Counted from the first letter of the stretch, positions 30,674-39,952 are shown. The stretch is DNA of 64,000 nucleotides from Candidatus Latescibacterota bacterium (GCA_965219385.1 CBDCNM010000002.1:1792936-1856935), one strand, 5' to 3'. Made by a program: numbers and translations. The notes: generated by a model from the letters alone, not told the origin.

Positions 30674-30824
30674 ATACACTCTCAAGTGTGTGTGAAGACG
30701 TTCAGCCCAATCGGTCATTTTTTTCTTACACCCTAATTTACGCACACTGGGCTGTGTTGTCAAGTAGAATTTCACTGCCGGAAAGGAAATGAGACCAGGG
30801 GCTGACATACACAAAAGAGTGTAT
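30674..30824. promoter_or_regulatory. Divergent control region with three ACAC-N6-GTGT palindromes and a minus-strand promoter
   Basis: ATACAC-N6-GTGTGT at 30674-30691, ACAC-N6-GTGT at 30744-30757 and ATACAC-N6-GTGTAT at 30807-30824. Minus strand TTGACA-N17-TAAATT at 30763-30735. Confidence 0.65.
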
Positions 30825-30873
30825 ATTTAATTTTTTCTTGCGGCGGGATGTTTTTGAGCTAAATTACACCTCT

Positions 30874-31437
30874 ATGAATAGAGGCGACAGGAAAGACGGT
30901 AAAAACTTTGCGCATATGATTGGGGATGCCCGGAGGAAAATAGGCCTCAGCCAGCGCCAACTGGGTGAGCGGATTCAGACCGCAAAGAGGCCTAATGGGG
31001 TGTGGAATACTTATGTGGGCCAGATTGAAAAAGGTGAAAAGGTCCCCTCGGACGAGGTCGTGCTGAAACTGGCTGAAGTTCTGGAACTGAACTCCGACGA
31101 AGTTCTCGTAGCGGCCTGTGTAGCACGGGCGGAATCCGACGAAGCCAGAGCCTTGTTCAAGAAAATGGAAGGGGTCCTAACCGACCCGGTGGTAGAGCGA
31201 CTCCTCGCAGCGGACGAGCCTCTTGATCCGGGTATTCTGGATGCCTTGGCCGATGAGAATATCCGTGGTGCACTGAAAGAAGAAATGTGGAGCACGGTAT
31301 TTGCGCGGTGCTATCAGAATAGAAAAAAGCGGGATATCCTGGGCCTGCTGGTCCTGGCCGAGGCCATGAGCGACAAGCAGTGGACCGCCATGATGAACAT
31401 CCTCGAAACCATGGATATCGAAGTCTCAAAGGAGTAA
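30874..31437 (+). CDS. XRE-family helix-turn-helix transcriptional regulator
   Basis: ARRKIGLSQRQLGE...TYVGQIEKGEKVPSDEVVLKLAEVL. ATG 30874 is preferred over TTG 30838. Confidence 0.88.
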   Translation: MNRGDRKDGKNFAHMIGDARRKIGLSQRQLGERIQTAKRPNGVWNTYVGQIEKGEKVPSDEVVLKLAEVLELNSDEVLVAACVARAESDEARALFKKMEGVLTDPVVERLLAADEPLDPGILDALADENIRGALKEEMWSTVFARCYQNRKKRDILGLLVLAEAMSDKQWTAMMNILETMDIEVSKE

Positions 31438-31577
31438 AAGGAGTAGAATTCGGCGTGAATTCGATGTCGTATCAGGTCGGGCATGTTTGTACTATCTGGG
31501 AACCTTTTTCCACCTAGTAAAGTCTAGCAATCAATCGGATCGGTTCACATCTAGCCTGAAAGGCCCTATAGAAGGAG

Positions 31578-32045
31578 GTGTTTATTGCATTGAGGTGTGA
31601 GGATTTTGAAGTAGATTTATCGGAGTACATCGAAGGAGAACTGAGTACGGAAACATTCCGGCGCATGGAGGAACATGCGTTGTACTGCCCGGTCTGCAGC
31701 GACACCCTGAGAGGGGTGCTGCAGGTGCGTCAGGCTTTGTACGGTCTGGGCGAGATCAATCCGCCGGCCACCTTCAAACTCGGACTATACAGCTTTCTGC
31801 AGGGAAAGGCCGTCAGACCGCGGCGCCTGTGGGCCCGGCCCCTGGCCGTAGGACTTGCCCTGGCTACGGCTCTGGCCATTTTGCTGTGGCCGGATCAACA
31901 CGATGAGAGGGCCGAACATGCGTCCTGGGATGGGCAGGATCATCTGGCCGAGCGCGAGTTGGGCGGCGTCTGGATCGAGCGTCTGCCCGAGCTGTCGCGA
32001 CCGGGTCCATACTCGTCCGCGCCCGCCCGCGCGGTTTCTTTTTAA
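31578..32045 (+). CDS. zf-HC2 (ZAS) anti-sigma factor-like membrane protein
   Basis: C...LSEYIEGEL...EEHALYCPVC (HxxxCxxC) followed by one TM helix. Confidence 0.8.
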   Translation: MFIALRCEDFEVDLSEYIEGELSTETFRRMEEHALYCPVCSDTLRGVLQVRQALYGLGEINPPATFKLGLYSFLQGKAVRPRRLWARPLAVGLALATALAILLWPDQHDERAEHASWDGQDHLAERELGGVWIERLPELSRPGPYSSAPARAVSF

Positions 32046-32539
32046 TTTTCCGACAGCTCAAACTCGCCCCTGGCAATAGCCTGTTCCAGTTCCCGGTGAA
32101 ATACGCTGTCCAGGTGGGTCGTCATTTTCCAGCCCTCGGGCTCGCGGACAAAGTAAGAAAAGGGCGAGGTTTGCGGTGATCTCAGGGTAGAAGAGTCAAA
32201 GAGCAGGTAGCCTATCCTGTCATTGATAATCCGTTCGTCAATGATCTCCCGGCGCAGTTCGGCCTTAACCCAGATCTCGCTTTTTTGCTGCCACTCTCTA
32301 GCCCAGGTGGAGTAGTTGCTGTTGGTACTCTTTTTGTAACTGGTGCTATAACAGGACCAGAGAAGTTCCAGATCCCTGGCCGCCAGAGCCTCCTGGTGGG
32401 TCTTGAAGGTGAGGGATGGGGCCGCGAAGCGCGGGTCCACCTCCTCACATCCGGGAATCAGGACCAGAATCCCCAGAAGCGGACCTAGTTCTCTAAGCGC
32501 GAGCAGTGTTGGAAGAGTGGGCATGAGTCGTGCCGCCAA
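32042..32539 (-). CDS. Hypothetical lipoprotein
   Basis: Hydrophobic stretch ending in IPGC (lipobox-like); FVREPEGWK tail resembles NTF2-like folds. Confidence 0.6.
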   Translation of the reverse strand: MAARLMPTLPTLLALRELGPLLGILVLIPGCEEVDPRFAAPSLTFKTHQEALAARDLELLWSCYSTSYKKSTNSNYSTWAREWQQKSEIWVKAELRREIIDERIINDRIGYLLFDSSTLRSPQTSPFSYFVREPEGWKMTTHLDSVFHRELEQAIARGEFELSEN

Positions 32540-32561
32540 AAAGACGGGTGGGAGGGTTTCT

Positions 32562-33332
32562 TCAGGCCTTGCTCTTGTTGAGCAGCTCTATTTTGTCGCG
32601 CAGTTTTGCTGCGGCCTCGTATTCCTCGCACAGTACGGCCTGCTCCAGTTTGGCCTGAAGCAGGTTGAGTTCAAGCTCTTCTTCCCCAGCAGGTTCCGCA
32701 GCAGATTCGGCCTTCGATTGCAGGGGGATAGGTGCGGCCTTTTCGCTTTCTCTGGCAAAGGAAGCGGTTGATCCTTCAGAAGAGGCTGGGTGAGGTGGCT
32801 GCTCCGGGGGAGGATTTTGGGTCTCTTTTTCGAGGATTGGAGGCTCGGTTTCATGGAAGCGGGCCATGGTGCGCTCGACGTCCGACTCGTCTTCCAGGGA
32901 CTCCAGACCGGCCTGCTCCAGCAGGTCGTGGGAGACGAATATGGGCGAACCCGCGCGCAGGGCCAGGGCTACAGCGTCGCTGGGACGCGAGTCAATCTCT
33001 TTGATCTTGTGGTCTTTCTCGATGACGACCTTGGCGTAAAAGGTATGCTTGCGCACACTGTGGATGACGACCCGAAGCATCTGGACGGCCAGTTCGTCCA
33101 GCATGGTGGCGAGCAGGTCGTAGGAAATAGGTCGAGGAGGATCTTCTTGGTCGAGCTGCATCTGTATGGCAGCGGCCTCGAACTGACCGATGGGAATGGG
33201 AAGTAGCCTGGGACAATCAGCATCTTTTTCACACAACCACAAAAGAGGCCTGTTGGCCGAAAGGTAGGGGCTCACTTTTACTACAACCATTTTCACTGAG
33301 GGACCATTACCCATGAGAAGCTTCCTTTTCAA
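32562..33332 (-). CDS. Bifunctional nuclease (DUF151) family protein with C-terminal UVR domain
   Basis: LPIPIGQFEAAAI, PRPISYDL, IDSRPSDAVALAL and EEYEAAAKLRDKI. Confidence 0.92.
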   Translation of the reverse strand: MKRKLLMGNGPSVKMVVVKVSPYLSANRPLLWLCEKDADCPRLLPIPIGQFEAAAIQMQLDQEDPPRPISYDLLATMLDELAVQMLRVVIHSVRKHTFYAKVVIEKDHKIKEIDSRPSDAVALALRAGSPIFVSHDLLEQAGLESLEDESDVERTMARFHETEPPILEKETQNPPPEQPPHPASSEGSTASFARESEKAAPIPLQSKAESAAEPAGEEELELNLLQAKLEQAVLCEEYEAAAKLRDKIELLNKSKA

Positions 33333-33379
33333 ACAGTTAGGTAGTAGACTTGTCGCGTAATAATGGGCTTTTCCTTCAT

Positions 33380-33403
33380 AAGTATCTATAAAAGTATCTA
33401 TAA
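33380..33403. repeat. 12-bp exact tandem repeat in an AT-rich intergenic region
   Basis: AAGTATCTATAA twice. Confidence 0.85.
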
Positions 33404-33540
33404 ATTCAATAATTTATGGAAATTATGGGTGAAATTACAGTATGTACTTGTTTTTCAGTAATTTACAACTCATTTTTTCCTTATAACGCGACAACTCTAG
33501 TGTACCGGGTTGGCGGATCTACAGGCAAATTCACGAGGGA

Positions 33541-33570
33541 AATATAACACCATTCAGAAGCAGGTGTCAA
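33541..33570 (-). promoter_or_regulatory. Putative sigma70 promoter upstream of the DUF151 gene
   Basis: Minus strand TTGACA-N18-TATATT with a TGn extension. Confidence 0.5.
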
Positions 33571-33586
33571 CCGACTTCTGCACGGC

Positions 33587-33745
33587 CTAGGGACCGGGGT
33601 TTTGCCGTTCTTCGGATAGTTGCTGCCGGAGCTGTTCAAGTTCCTCCCACAGATTTTTCTCACGGCGTTGAAGCCGCATCACATAGGCGAAGAGTAGTAT
33701 CCAGATAGCTGTGTATGCCGCAAAGAGATAGGACAGGTTTTCCAT
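33587..33745 (-). CDS. ccmD: Heme exporter protein CcmD
   Basis: MENLSYLFAAYTAIWILLFAYV: one TM segment plus a charged tail, directly after ccmC. Confidence 0.85.
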   Translation of the reverse strand: MENLSYLFAAYTAIWILLFAYVMRLQRREKNLWEELEQLRQQLSEERQNPGP

Positions 33746-33755
33746 GTGCATTCCT

Positions 33756-34436
33756 TCAGAACCGGGTTTGAACACCCTGTTCCATTCTCAGCTGGGCCAG
33801 GGTATCTGAGGCTACTTCGATTTTCAGACGTCGTTTCAGCAGGTAAAAGAAGAGCAGAAAAAAAGCCGCGTAACACAGGTAGAGGGTGTGTTCCATCTCC
33901 GGGGACAAATCCACCTTCCTGGGGTGTAGCTGCTGCTCGGGGGCCCACAGGTGCACCGAGTAGTAGACCAGTGGCACGTTGACAAACCCCAGAATGCCCA
34001 GCACCGCCGCAAAGCGCTGCGTTTGCGCCCCTTCCGTGCCGTAGCTGCGCACCATCAAATACGCCACGTAGATGGTAAACAAAATCAACATGGAGGTGAG
34101 CCTGGGCTCCCAGCGCCAGTACACCCCCCAGATCGGCCGGGCCCACAGCGGTCCGGTGACCAGCACGATCAGCGAAAACAGCACACCCAGCTCCGCGGCG
34201 CACCGGGCCAGCCGGTCCCAGTGCGCCCCCCGGGTGCGCAGGTACTGGAGACTGCCGACGAAAACCAGAAAAAAAGCCACAAAGGCGCAGTTGGCCGAGG
34301 GTACGTGAAAATAGAAGATGCGCTGGACCAGCCCCATTTCCCGCTCGGTGGGCACGTACATGAATACGGCGTAGAGGGCGGCCTCCATGCTGAGAAAGAC
34401 CAGGATGGGAAAGAGGATGGAAATGGGGGATGCCAT
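33756..34436 (-). CDS. ccmC: Heme exporter protein CcmC
   Basis: RIFYFHVP and the Trp-rich motif WARPIWGVYWRWEPRLT. Confidence 0.93.
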   Translation of the reverse strand: MASPISILFPILVFLSMEAALYAVFMYVPTEREMGLVQRIFYFHVPSANCAFVAFFLVFVGSLQYLRTRGAHWDRLARCAAELGVLFSLIVLVTGPLWARPIWGVYWRWEPRLTSMLILFTIYVAYLMVRSYGTEGAQTQRFAAVLGILGFVNVPLVYYSVHLWAPEQQLHPRKVDLSPEMEHTLYLCYAAFFLLFFYLLKRRLKIEVASDTLAQLRMEQGVQTRF

Positions 34437-34447
34437 GGGCTGGGCCC

Positions 34448-35125
34448 CTATTCTTCGACTACGTACTCGAACAACAGAAAAGACAGCGTGGTGAAGACCA
34501 CCACATATACACCGAGAATCTGCAGGTGTGGATAGAGCCTTTCGACACTGCTGTGTTTGAAAACCTGGGCAGTGGCCTGCACGCAGGAAATCAGCGCCGG
34601 CATGACCATGGGGAGCACCAGCAGGGGCAACAAGAGTTCGCGCAGGCGGGTATTGATGGACACGACGGCAAAGAGCGTGCCCACAGCGGCCAGACTGGCT
34701 GCCCCGAGGAAGAGAATGCCCAGCAGGGGCAACAGGTACACACCCAGGGAAAGATTAAAGAAGAGGACGAAAAAAGGCAAGCTGATCAGTTCGATGAGGA
34801 CTAAGAAAAACAGGTTTCCCAGCATCTTGCCCAGGTACACCGCTCCCCGGTCACCCGGAGCCAGCAACAAAGCGTCCAGGCAGCTGTTCTCCCGTTCGGT
34901 CGCAAAGGTGCGGCTGAGTCCCAGAAGGCTGGCAAAGACATAGGCCGACCACAGCACCCCCGGACCGATCTGGTGGAGGGCGAACCCGCCCAGTTCAAAG
35001 GAGAAATTGAATACCAGAAGAGTCAACAGCACGAAGAAAACCATGGAGCTGAGGCGTTCTTTGGTGCGCCATTCGGTCAGGAGGTCCTTGTGCAGAATGG
35101 CGAGGGTCCGGCTGGTAAAGTTCAC
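34448..35125 (-). CDS. ccmB: Heme exporter protein CcmB
   Basis: KDLLTEWR, FATERENSCLDALLL and LLPLLVLP. The GTG start overlaps the ccmA stop. Confidence 0.92.
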   Translation of the reverse strand: MNFTSRTLAILHKDLLTEWRTKERLSSMVFFVLLTLLVFNFSFELGGFALHQIGPGVLWSAYVFASLLGLSRTFATERENSCLDALLLAPGDRGAVYLGKMLGNLFFLVLIELISLPFFVLFFNLSLGVYLLPLLGILFLGAASLAAVGTLFAVVSINTRLRELLLPLLVLPMVMPALISCVQATAQVFKHSSVERLYPHLQILGVYVVVFTTLSFLLFEYVVEE

Positions 35126-35844
35126 GGGCTTTCTTCCAGGTGTTCTTCGTAGACAGCTTGCAACTCGCCCGGGTCGCGGCTGGTCCAAGAAGCATCGTGG
35201 CAGACGCGGCCGCGCTTGAGGATGAGCAGGTGGTCCATCAGCCGGATGGCCGCGTCCAATCTATGGGTTGCGAAGAGGCTGGTGCACCCCTGTTGCTTGA
35301 GCTGGTCCAGATGCTGAATCAGGGCCTGAGAGGCGCGCTGGTCGAGACCGGTGAACGGTTCGTCGAAGAGCAGGATAGAAGGCCGGTGCAAGGTGGCCCG
35401 GGCCAGAGCTAGGCGCTGTTTCATGCCGCGCGAGAATTTGCCTATCCGGTCGTGCTGGCGGTCTTCGAGGCCGGCCCGGGCCAAGGCCTGGCTCACCCGC
35501 TCTTCCCGGGCGGCCAGACCGTAAAGGCGGGCCGCGAAGAGCAGATTCTCGCGGGCGTTCAGATCGTCGTAGAGCAGAGTCTGGTGGGAGAGCAGGCCAA
35601 TGGCCGCGCGCACAGAGGGGGTGCGGCCGGGGTCGGCTCCCAGGATCAGCACCCGCCCACTGCTGGGCCTGCAGATGCCGGCCAGCACCCGCAGCAGGGT
35701 GCTTTTGCCGGCGCCGTTGGACCCGGCCAGCAGGGCGAAGCTGCCCTGGGGCAGACTCAGGTCGATCCGGTCCAGGGCGGTAAAAGCACCGAAGTTCTTG
35801 GAGGCTTGCTCCAGGAGGACAGGTTCATAAGCGGGTGGGTTCAT
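35122..35844 (-). CDS. ccmA: Heme exporter ATP-binding protein CcmA
   Basis: GSNGAGKS, FSRGMKQR and LLFDEPF; adjacent to ccmB. Confidence 0.92.
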   Translation of the reverse strand: MNPPAYEPVLLEQASKNFGAFTALDRIDLSLPQGSFALLAGSNGAGKSTLLRVLAGICRPSSGRVLILGADPGRTPSVRAAIGLLSHQTLLYDDLNARENLLFAARLYGLAAREERVSQALARAGLEDRQHDRIGKFSRGMKQRLALARATLHRPSILLFDEPFTGLDQRASQALIQHLDQLKQQGCTSLFATHRLDAAIRLMDHLLILKRGRVCHDASWTSRDPGELQAVYEEHLEESP

Positions 35845-36964
35845 CTTGCTGCTCCAAAAGGCGGTACACATTCAGGGCCTGGTCCATAAGGCGGGCTCTC
35901 TCGACCAGGTAACGGCGGTCGTCGCGGTGGTCGGCATGGGCGTCGTCGAGCCGGGCCAGCTGCTGGAGGAGTTGCGAGCGCTGCTGGCGCAACTCCTCGG
36001 GATCCGGTTCCACGGCCGCGGCCGTGGTCATGCGGCGAAAAACAAGGGCCAGGGTCCCGGACAGGGCTGCCGCGCTCAGCGCTATCCACTTGAGCACCCA
36101 GCGCCAGGGTTGGGGCAGAGGAAAAGGAATCAGAACCGTCTGGCCACGCTTCAGGTTTTGCAATTGCAGATGGCGGTAGGATTCGCCGTGAAAATCCGCT
36201 GTGCCCAGATCCTCGAAAGGAGGCCCTAACTGCAGGGAAGTGGGTTGCAGGAAGACCTCGAGCCGGTCGGTGGGGTAGAGGACCTGATGGAGGTATCCCC
36301 CGTCGAGTTGACGCGGATCGAGCTGGAAGTTGAAGAGGATCTGCGAAAGGCCTGGAGGCAGGGGCCGGTTGTTGTAAAAGCGGGAGTCTCGGCCCGGCTT
36401 CAAGCTGCCGGACAGGTTGAAGACTCCAGCGGGCAGGGCGAACTCCATAACCTGCCGGACCTTGCCTTGGTTGCGACCTACGTAGGTTTTTTCGCCCCGG
36501 TTGTCGGCCTGGACGGACTGGGCAACCTCCAGGCCACGAGGCCGGAGACTCAAAAACAGGGTGCAGGTGGCGATGCGGATCTGGGAGTCAGCTGTGGTGG
36601 GGTCGTAGACTTCCAGGATGATTTCCTTCTGAGCGCCCACCTGGAGTTTGGAGGAGGGGTAGGGGACCTCCTGGTACAGGGCCATCAGCACGAAGTTCAG
36701 GTCGGGGGTCAGGAAGGGACCGGAAAAAGCAAAGCGGCCCTGTGCATCCGTGGGCTTGCGCAGTATTTCGCTTACCTGGCCGTCCTGGCTGACGAAGAAG
36801 ACTACTTCCGCATTGTGGATGCGGGTCCCGTCGATTGGATTGATGACATAACCCTGGACTGTTTCGGCGCGGAGGGCACAGACCTGCAGCAATCCTGCCA
36901 GGACTGCTGCAGGGACTAGGGCCCGTCCGAGAATTGATTCGCTGGTCCGAGCTCCGTAGCTCAT
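35825..36964 (-). CDS. Hypothetical membrane-anchored periplasmic protein in the ccm operon
   Basis: Signal-like segment, beta-sandwich-like TDAQGRFAF, C-terminal TM and LLQQLARLDD coiled tail; ATGA coupling with the upstream gene. Confidence 0.7.
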   Translation of the reverse strand: MSYGARTSESILGRALVPAAVLAGLLQVCALRAETVQGYVINPIDGTRIHNAEVVFFVSQDGQVSEILRKPTDAQGRFAFSGPFLTPDLNFVLMALYQEVPYPSSKLQVGAQKEIILEVYDPTTADSQIRIATCTLFLSLRPRGLEVAQSVQADNRGEKTYVGRNQGKVRQVMEFALPAGVFNLSGSLKPGRDSRFYNNRPLPPGLSQILFNFQLDPRQLDGGYLHQVLYPTDRLEVFLQPTSLQLGPPFEDLGTADFHGESYRHLQLQNLKRGQTVLIPFPLPQPWRWVLKWIALSAAALSGTLALVFRRMTTAAAVEPDPEELRQQRSQLLQQLARLDDAHADHRDDRRYLVERARLMDQALNVYRLLEQQDEPTRL

Positions 36965-37404
36965 TCTACCTCCTCGAAGCGGGTGCCGCACTGGGAGCAG
37001 AACCGGTCTCCTGGATGGTACTGGGCCCTGCAAGAAGGACACCGGAGTCCGCGGGAAGACGCGCCGCGCAGGGTCAGAATATCTTCTTCGATTCGGGCTT
37101 GCAGGGCTTCGATGTGGGTGTGACCATTCAGCTGATCCAGCTTTTGGAGGAGGGCGAGGGCCTGGGCTTCGAGTTCCTGGCGCTGGTGCTGGTAATCCTC
37201 CTCGGCTAGTTTGCCCAGGGAGCGGTCGAACTCGAGTTCCTTGATGGTGGCGTAGAGCTGCTCCTTGCGTTCTTGTAGCGATCTGGCCGGGGCCCCGAAG
37301 GAGGGCGATTGCACCTGCTGCCGGGAAGCGTACAAGGGAAGGCCTACATAGAGGACGAATCCCACCAGCAGGGCCGCACAGCCCAGAGGAACGAGGTAAT
37401 CCAT
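36961..37404 (-). CDS. CcmI-like N-terminal domain plus zinc ribbon protein
   Basis: TM segment, IKELEFDRSLGKLAEEDY and CPSC...FCSQCG. Confidence 0.75.
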   Translation of the reverse strand: MDYLVPLGCAALLVGFVLYVGLPLYASRQQVQSPSFGAPARSLQERKEQLYATIKELEFDRSLGKLAEEDYQHQRQELEAQALALLQKLDQLNGHTHIEALQARIEEDILTLRGASSRGLRCPSCRAQYHPGDRFCSQCGTRFEEVE

Positions 37405-37411
37405 ATCGGGG

Positions 37412-37891
37412 TCAGCGGGTGTCGAAGTGGTCCAGTTCTCGGCGGAGTTTATCCTGGTACTCCGCTGTTTTTTCCGTGCCCGGCGGCGCGGCCGCGGCCG
37501 CGCGGTTCTGGCTTGTGGCGTGGCCGCGGCGCCAGCGGATCAGCACTGAGCGCACCACCGCGACGCCGAAGACCAGCATGGCGATGGGGACGATCCAGGC
37601 CAGCAGGTTGTAGCCTTGGGGCGGGGGACTGGCCAGGACGATCTGGCCGTACTGGTCGACGAATTGGCGGATGATTTCCCGCCGGGCCTTGCCGGCATCC
37701 AGATTCTCGGCTAGCTCCTGGCGTTGGGCCTGGGCAAAGGAACACAGGCAGGTGGCCAGGGATTCGCGGTTGCAGTCGCCGCACAGACACACCAGTTCGC
37801 GGGCCACTTCCTTGATCTGGGTTGGAGTGGCCGCCCCGGATGGGGGGACCCAGGACAGGGCAATCAGGATCGACAAGAGCAGTGGGGGCAC
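37412..37891 (-). CDS. ccmH: Cytochrome c biogenesis protein CcmH
   Basis: LVCLCGDC, FVDQYGQIVLASPP and LLAWIVP; follows ccmF. Confidence 0.87.
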   Translation of the reverse strand: MPPLLLSILIALSWVPPSGAATPTQIKEVARELVCLCGDCNRESLATCLCSFAQAQRQELAENLDAGKARREIIRQFVDQYGQIVLASPPPQGYNLLAWIVPIAMLVFGVAVVRSVLIRWRRGHATSQNRAAAAAPPGTEKTAEYQDKLRRELDHFDTR

Positions 37892-37969
37892 GATTTGCAG
37901 CCTCTTCGGAAAAAAACTTAATAGTGAGTATTAACGGGTTGGCAGGACACAGCGTATGAACCAGTGAAG

Positions 37970-39952
37970 TTAGGTAGACAATACCCGGACCGTCCGCCGG
38001 TCCAGCTCGGCCAGGCGGCGATCTCGCGGGGTGGGCCACATCGACCACAGGGCCCCCGCCACAAAGAGGATGCCCCCGAACCACACCCCGTTCACCAGCG
38101 GGTTGACGTAGACCTGAAACTTGGCGCTGTTGGCTTCGTCCCAGCCCACCAGGATCAGGTAGAAATCCTCCCACAGACTCGAGTAAATCGACACCTCCGT
38201 GGTGCCCTGATCAAAGTCCTTGTAGTCGTGGCGGGCCGGCAGCAGGGTGCAGAGGAACTCGTTGTCCCTGAACAGGCTCAGGGCCGCGGCCACGGCGGTC
38301 TTGTTGGCATCTTTGCTGCGGGCCAGGGTTTCGTAGCGCACCGTATAGTCTTTGACCTGCACCGATTCTCCCTGGTGCAGGACGAACTCCTTTTCCGTGG
38401 TGAAGGCCTTGCCCGTGAAGCCCACAAACAGCAAGATCATGGCCAGGTGGACCACGTACCCTCCGTAGCGCCGCCGGCTTTTGCACAACAAGGCGTAGAG
38501 ACCCTTGGGGTAGGACTCGCCCGTGGTGCGCTGCCGCGCCCGGGCCCCGCGGTGGAACTCCATGGACAGGCTTTGCACCACAAAGGCGCACAGACTCAAC
38601 GACATCAGCGCATACACATCCCGCACGCCGAAAACCACCAGGACCAACCCGGCTCCCAGTCCTGCCAGAACCGGGTTGGTGAAGTTGCGCTTGAGACTCT
38701 CCACAGAGGTCCGCCGCCAGGCAAAGAGCGGGCCGGCTCCGGTCAAAAACAACAACACCAGTCCGATGGGGATGTTTACCTGATTGAAAAAGGGCGCCCC
38801 CACCGTGATCTTTTCGCCCGTGAAGGTCTCCGACAGCAGCGGAAACACCGTGCCCCACAACACCGCGAAGAGCATGCCCAGCAAGACCCAGTTGTTGAGC
38901 AAAAACGCGGTCTCCCGCGACGCCAGCGACTCCAACCGGCTCTCTGCCCTCAGATCCTTGAGCCGAACCCCCAACAACCCGAAGGAAAGCACCAGCAATA
39001 GCACCAGATAGACAGAAAAAAAAGACCCGACATTGGACTGGGCAAAGGCGTGCACCGACTCGATGATGCCGCTGCGGGTCATAAGGGTGCCGAAGATGCA
39101 CAGCCCGTAGGTAAGAATCACCAGGACCAGATTCCACATCTTGAGCATGCCCTTGCGCTCCTGGATCTTGATCGAGTGCAAAAACGCCGTGGCGGCCAGC
39201 CAGGGCATCAGCGAGGCATTCTCCACCGCGTCCCAGCCCCAGTAGCCGCCCCAGCCCAACTCCACGTAGGCCCACTTGCCCCCCAGCAGCAATCCGGCGC
39301 CCAGAAAGGTCCACGGGATCAGCATCCAGCGCCGGGCCGCCTGCACCCAGGTGGTATCCAGCTGCCGGCTGCCCAGAGCGGCCAGGGCAAAGGCAAAAGG
39401 CACGGCCATGCCTACCATGCCCAAGTAGAGCAGGGGCGGATGGATGGCCATGACCGGGTGCTGCAACAGCGGATTTAGACCCTGTCCATCGGCCGGGGCA
39501 AAGGGCAGGCGCGCGAAGGGATCGGCGCGAAACAGGTGTAAGAGGACAAAAAAGAAGCAGGTGGCAGCCATGGTGGCCACCACGTAGGGCATCAGGAGCT
39601 GGTAGCGATAGCGGTTGAACAGCACCACGGCCACCCCGTAGAGCGAGAGCAGCCAGTTCCAGAACAGCAGGGAGCCGTTCTGTCCACCCCACAGGGCCGC
39701 TACCACGTAGATGGTGGGCATGGCGCGGTTGCTGTTTTCGGCCACGTACTGGATCTGGAAGTCGTGGGTGAGCAGGGCGTGCCACAGGGCCCCCACGGCC
39801 AGGGTGAGCAGGCCGGCCAGGGCCAGCAGGGCGCGTTCGCCGCTGCGCACCAGGCCCGGGTGCTGGCGACGAACCCCCAGGAGAGAAGCGGCCACGGCAA
39901 AGCCGGCGGCCACCAGGGCCAGGCACAGCGAAAAATAGCCGAGGTCTACCAT
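37970..39952 (-). CDS. ccmF: Cytochrome c heme lyase CcmF
   Basis: WGGQNGSLL, GLNPLLQ...IHPP, WAYVELGWGGYWGWDAVENASL and SVHAFA. Confidence 0.96.
   Translation of the reverse strand: MVDLGYFSLCLALVAAGFAVAASLLGVRRQHPGLVRSGERALLALAGLLTLAVGALWHALLTHDFQIQYVAENSNRAMPTIYVVAALWGGQNGSLLFWNWLLSLYGVAVVLFNRYRYQLLMPYVVATMAATCFFFVLLHLFRADPFARLPFAPADGQGLNPLLQHPVMAIHPPLLYLGMVGMAVPFAFALAALGSRQLDTTWVQAARRWMLIPWTFLGAGLLLGGKWAYVELGWGGYWGWDAVENASLMPWLAATAFLHSIKIQERKGMLKMWNLVLVILTYGLCIFGTLMTRSGIIESVHAFAQSNVGSFFSVYLVLLLVLSFGLLGVRLKDLRAESRLESLASRETAFLLNNWVLLGMLFAVLWGTVFPLLSETFTGEKITVGAPFFNQVNIPIGLVLLFLTGAGPLFAWRRTSVESLKRNFTNPVLAGLGAGLVLVVFGVRDVYALMSLSLCAFVVQSLSMEFHRGARARQRTTGESYPKGLYALLCKSRRRYGGYVVHLAMILLFVGFTGKAFTTEKEFVLHQGESVQVKDYTVRYETLARSKDANKTAVAAALSLFRDNEFLCTLLPARHDYKDFDQGTTEVSIYSSLWEDFYLILVGWDEANSAKFQVYVNPLVNGVWFGGILFVAGALWSMWPTPRDRRLAELDRRTVRVLST

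Noticed and set aside
30668..30718. 16-codon minus-strand ORF MTDWAERLHTHLRVYI near the 5' end of the candidate RNA
   Set aside because: No SD and a length expected by chance; a leader peptide cannot be excluded without ribosome profiling.
38211..39926. 571-aa alternative-frame ORF inside ccmF
   Set aside because: Low-complexity Arg/Gly/Pro/Ala translation typical of off-frame GC-rich DNA.
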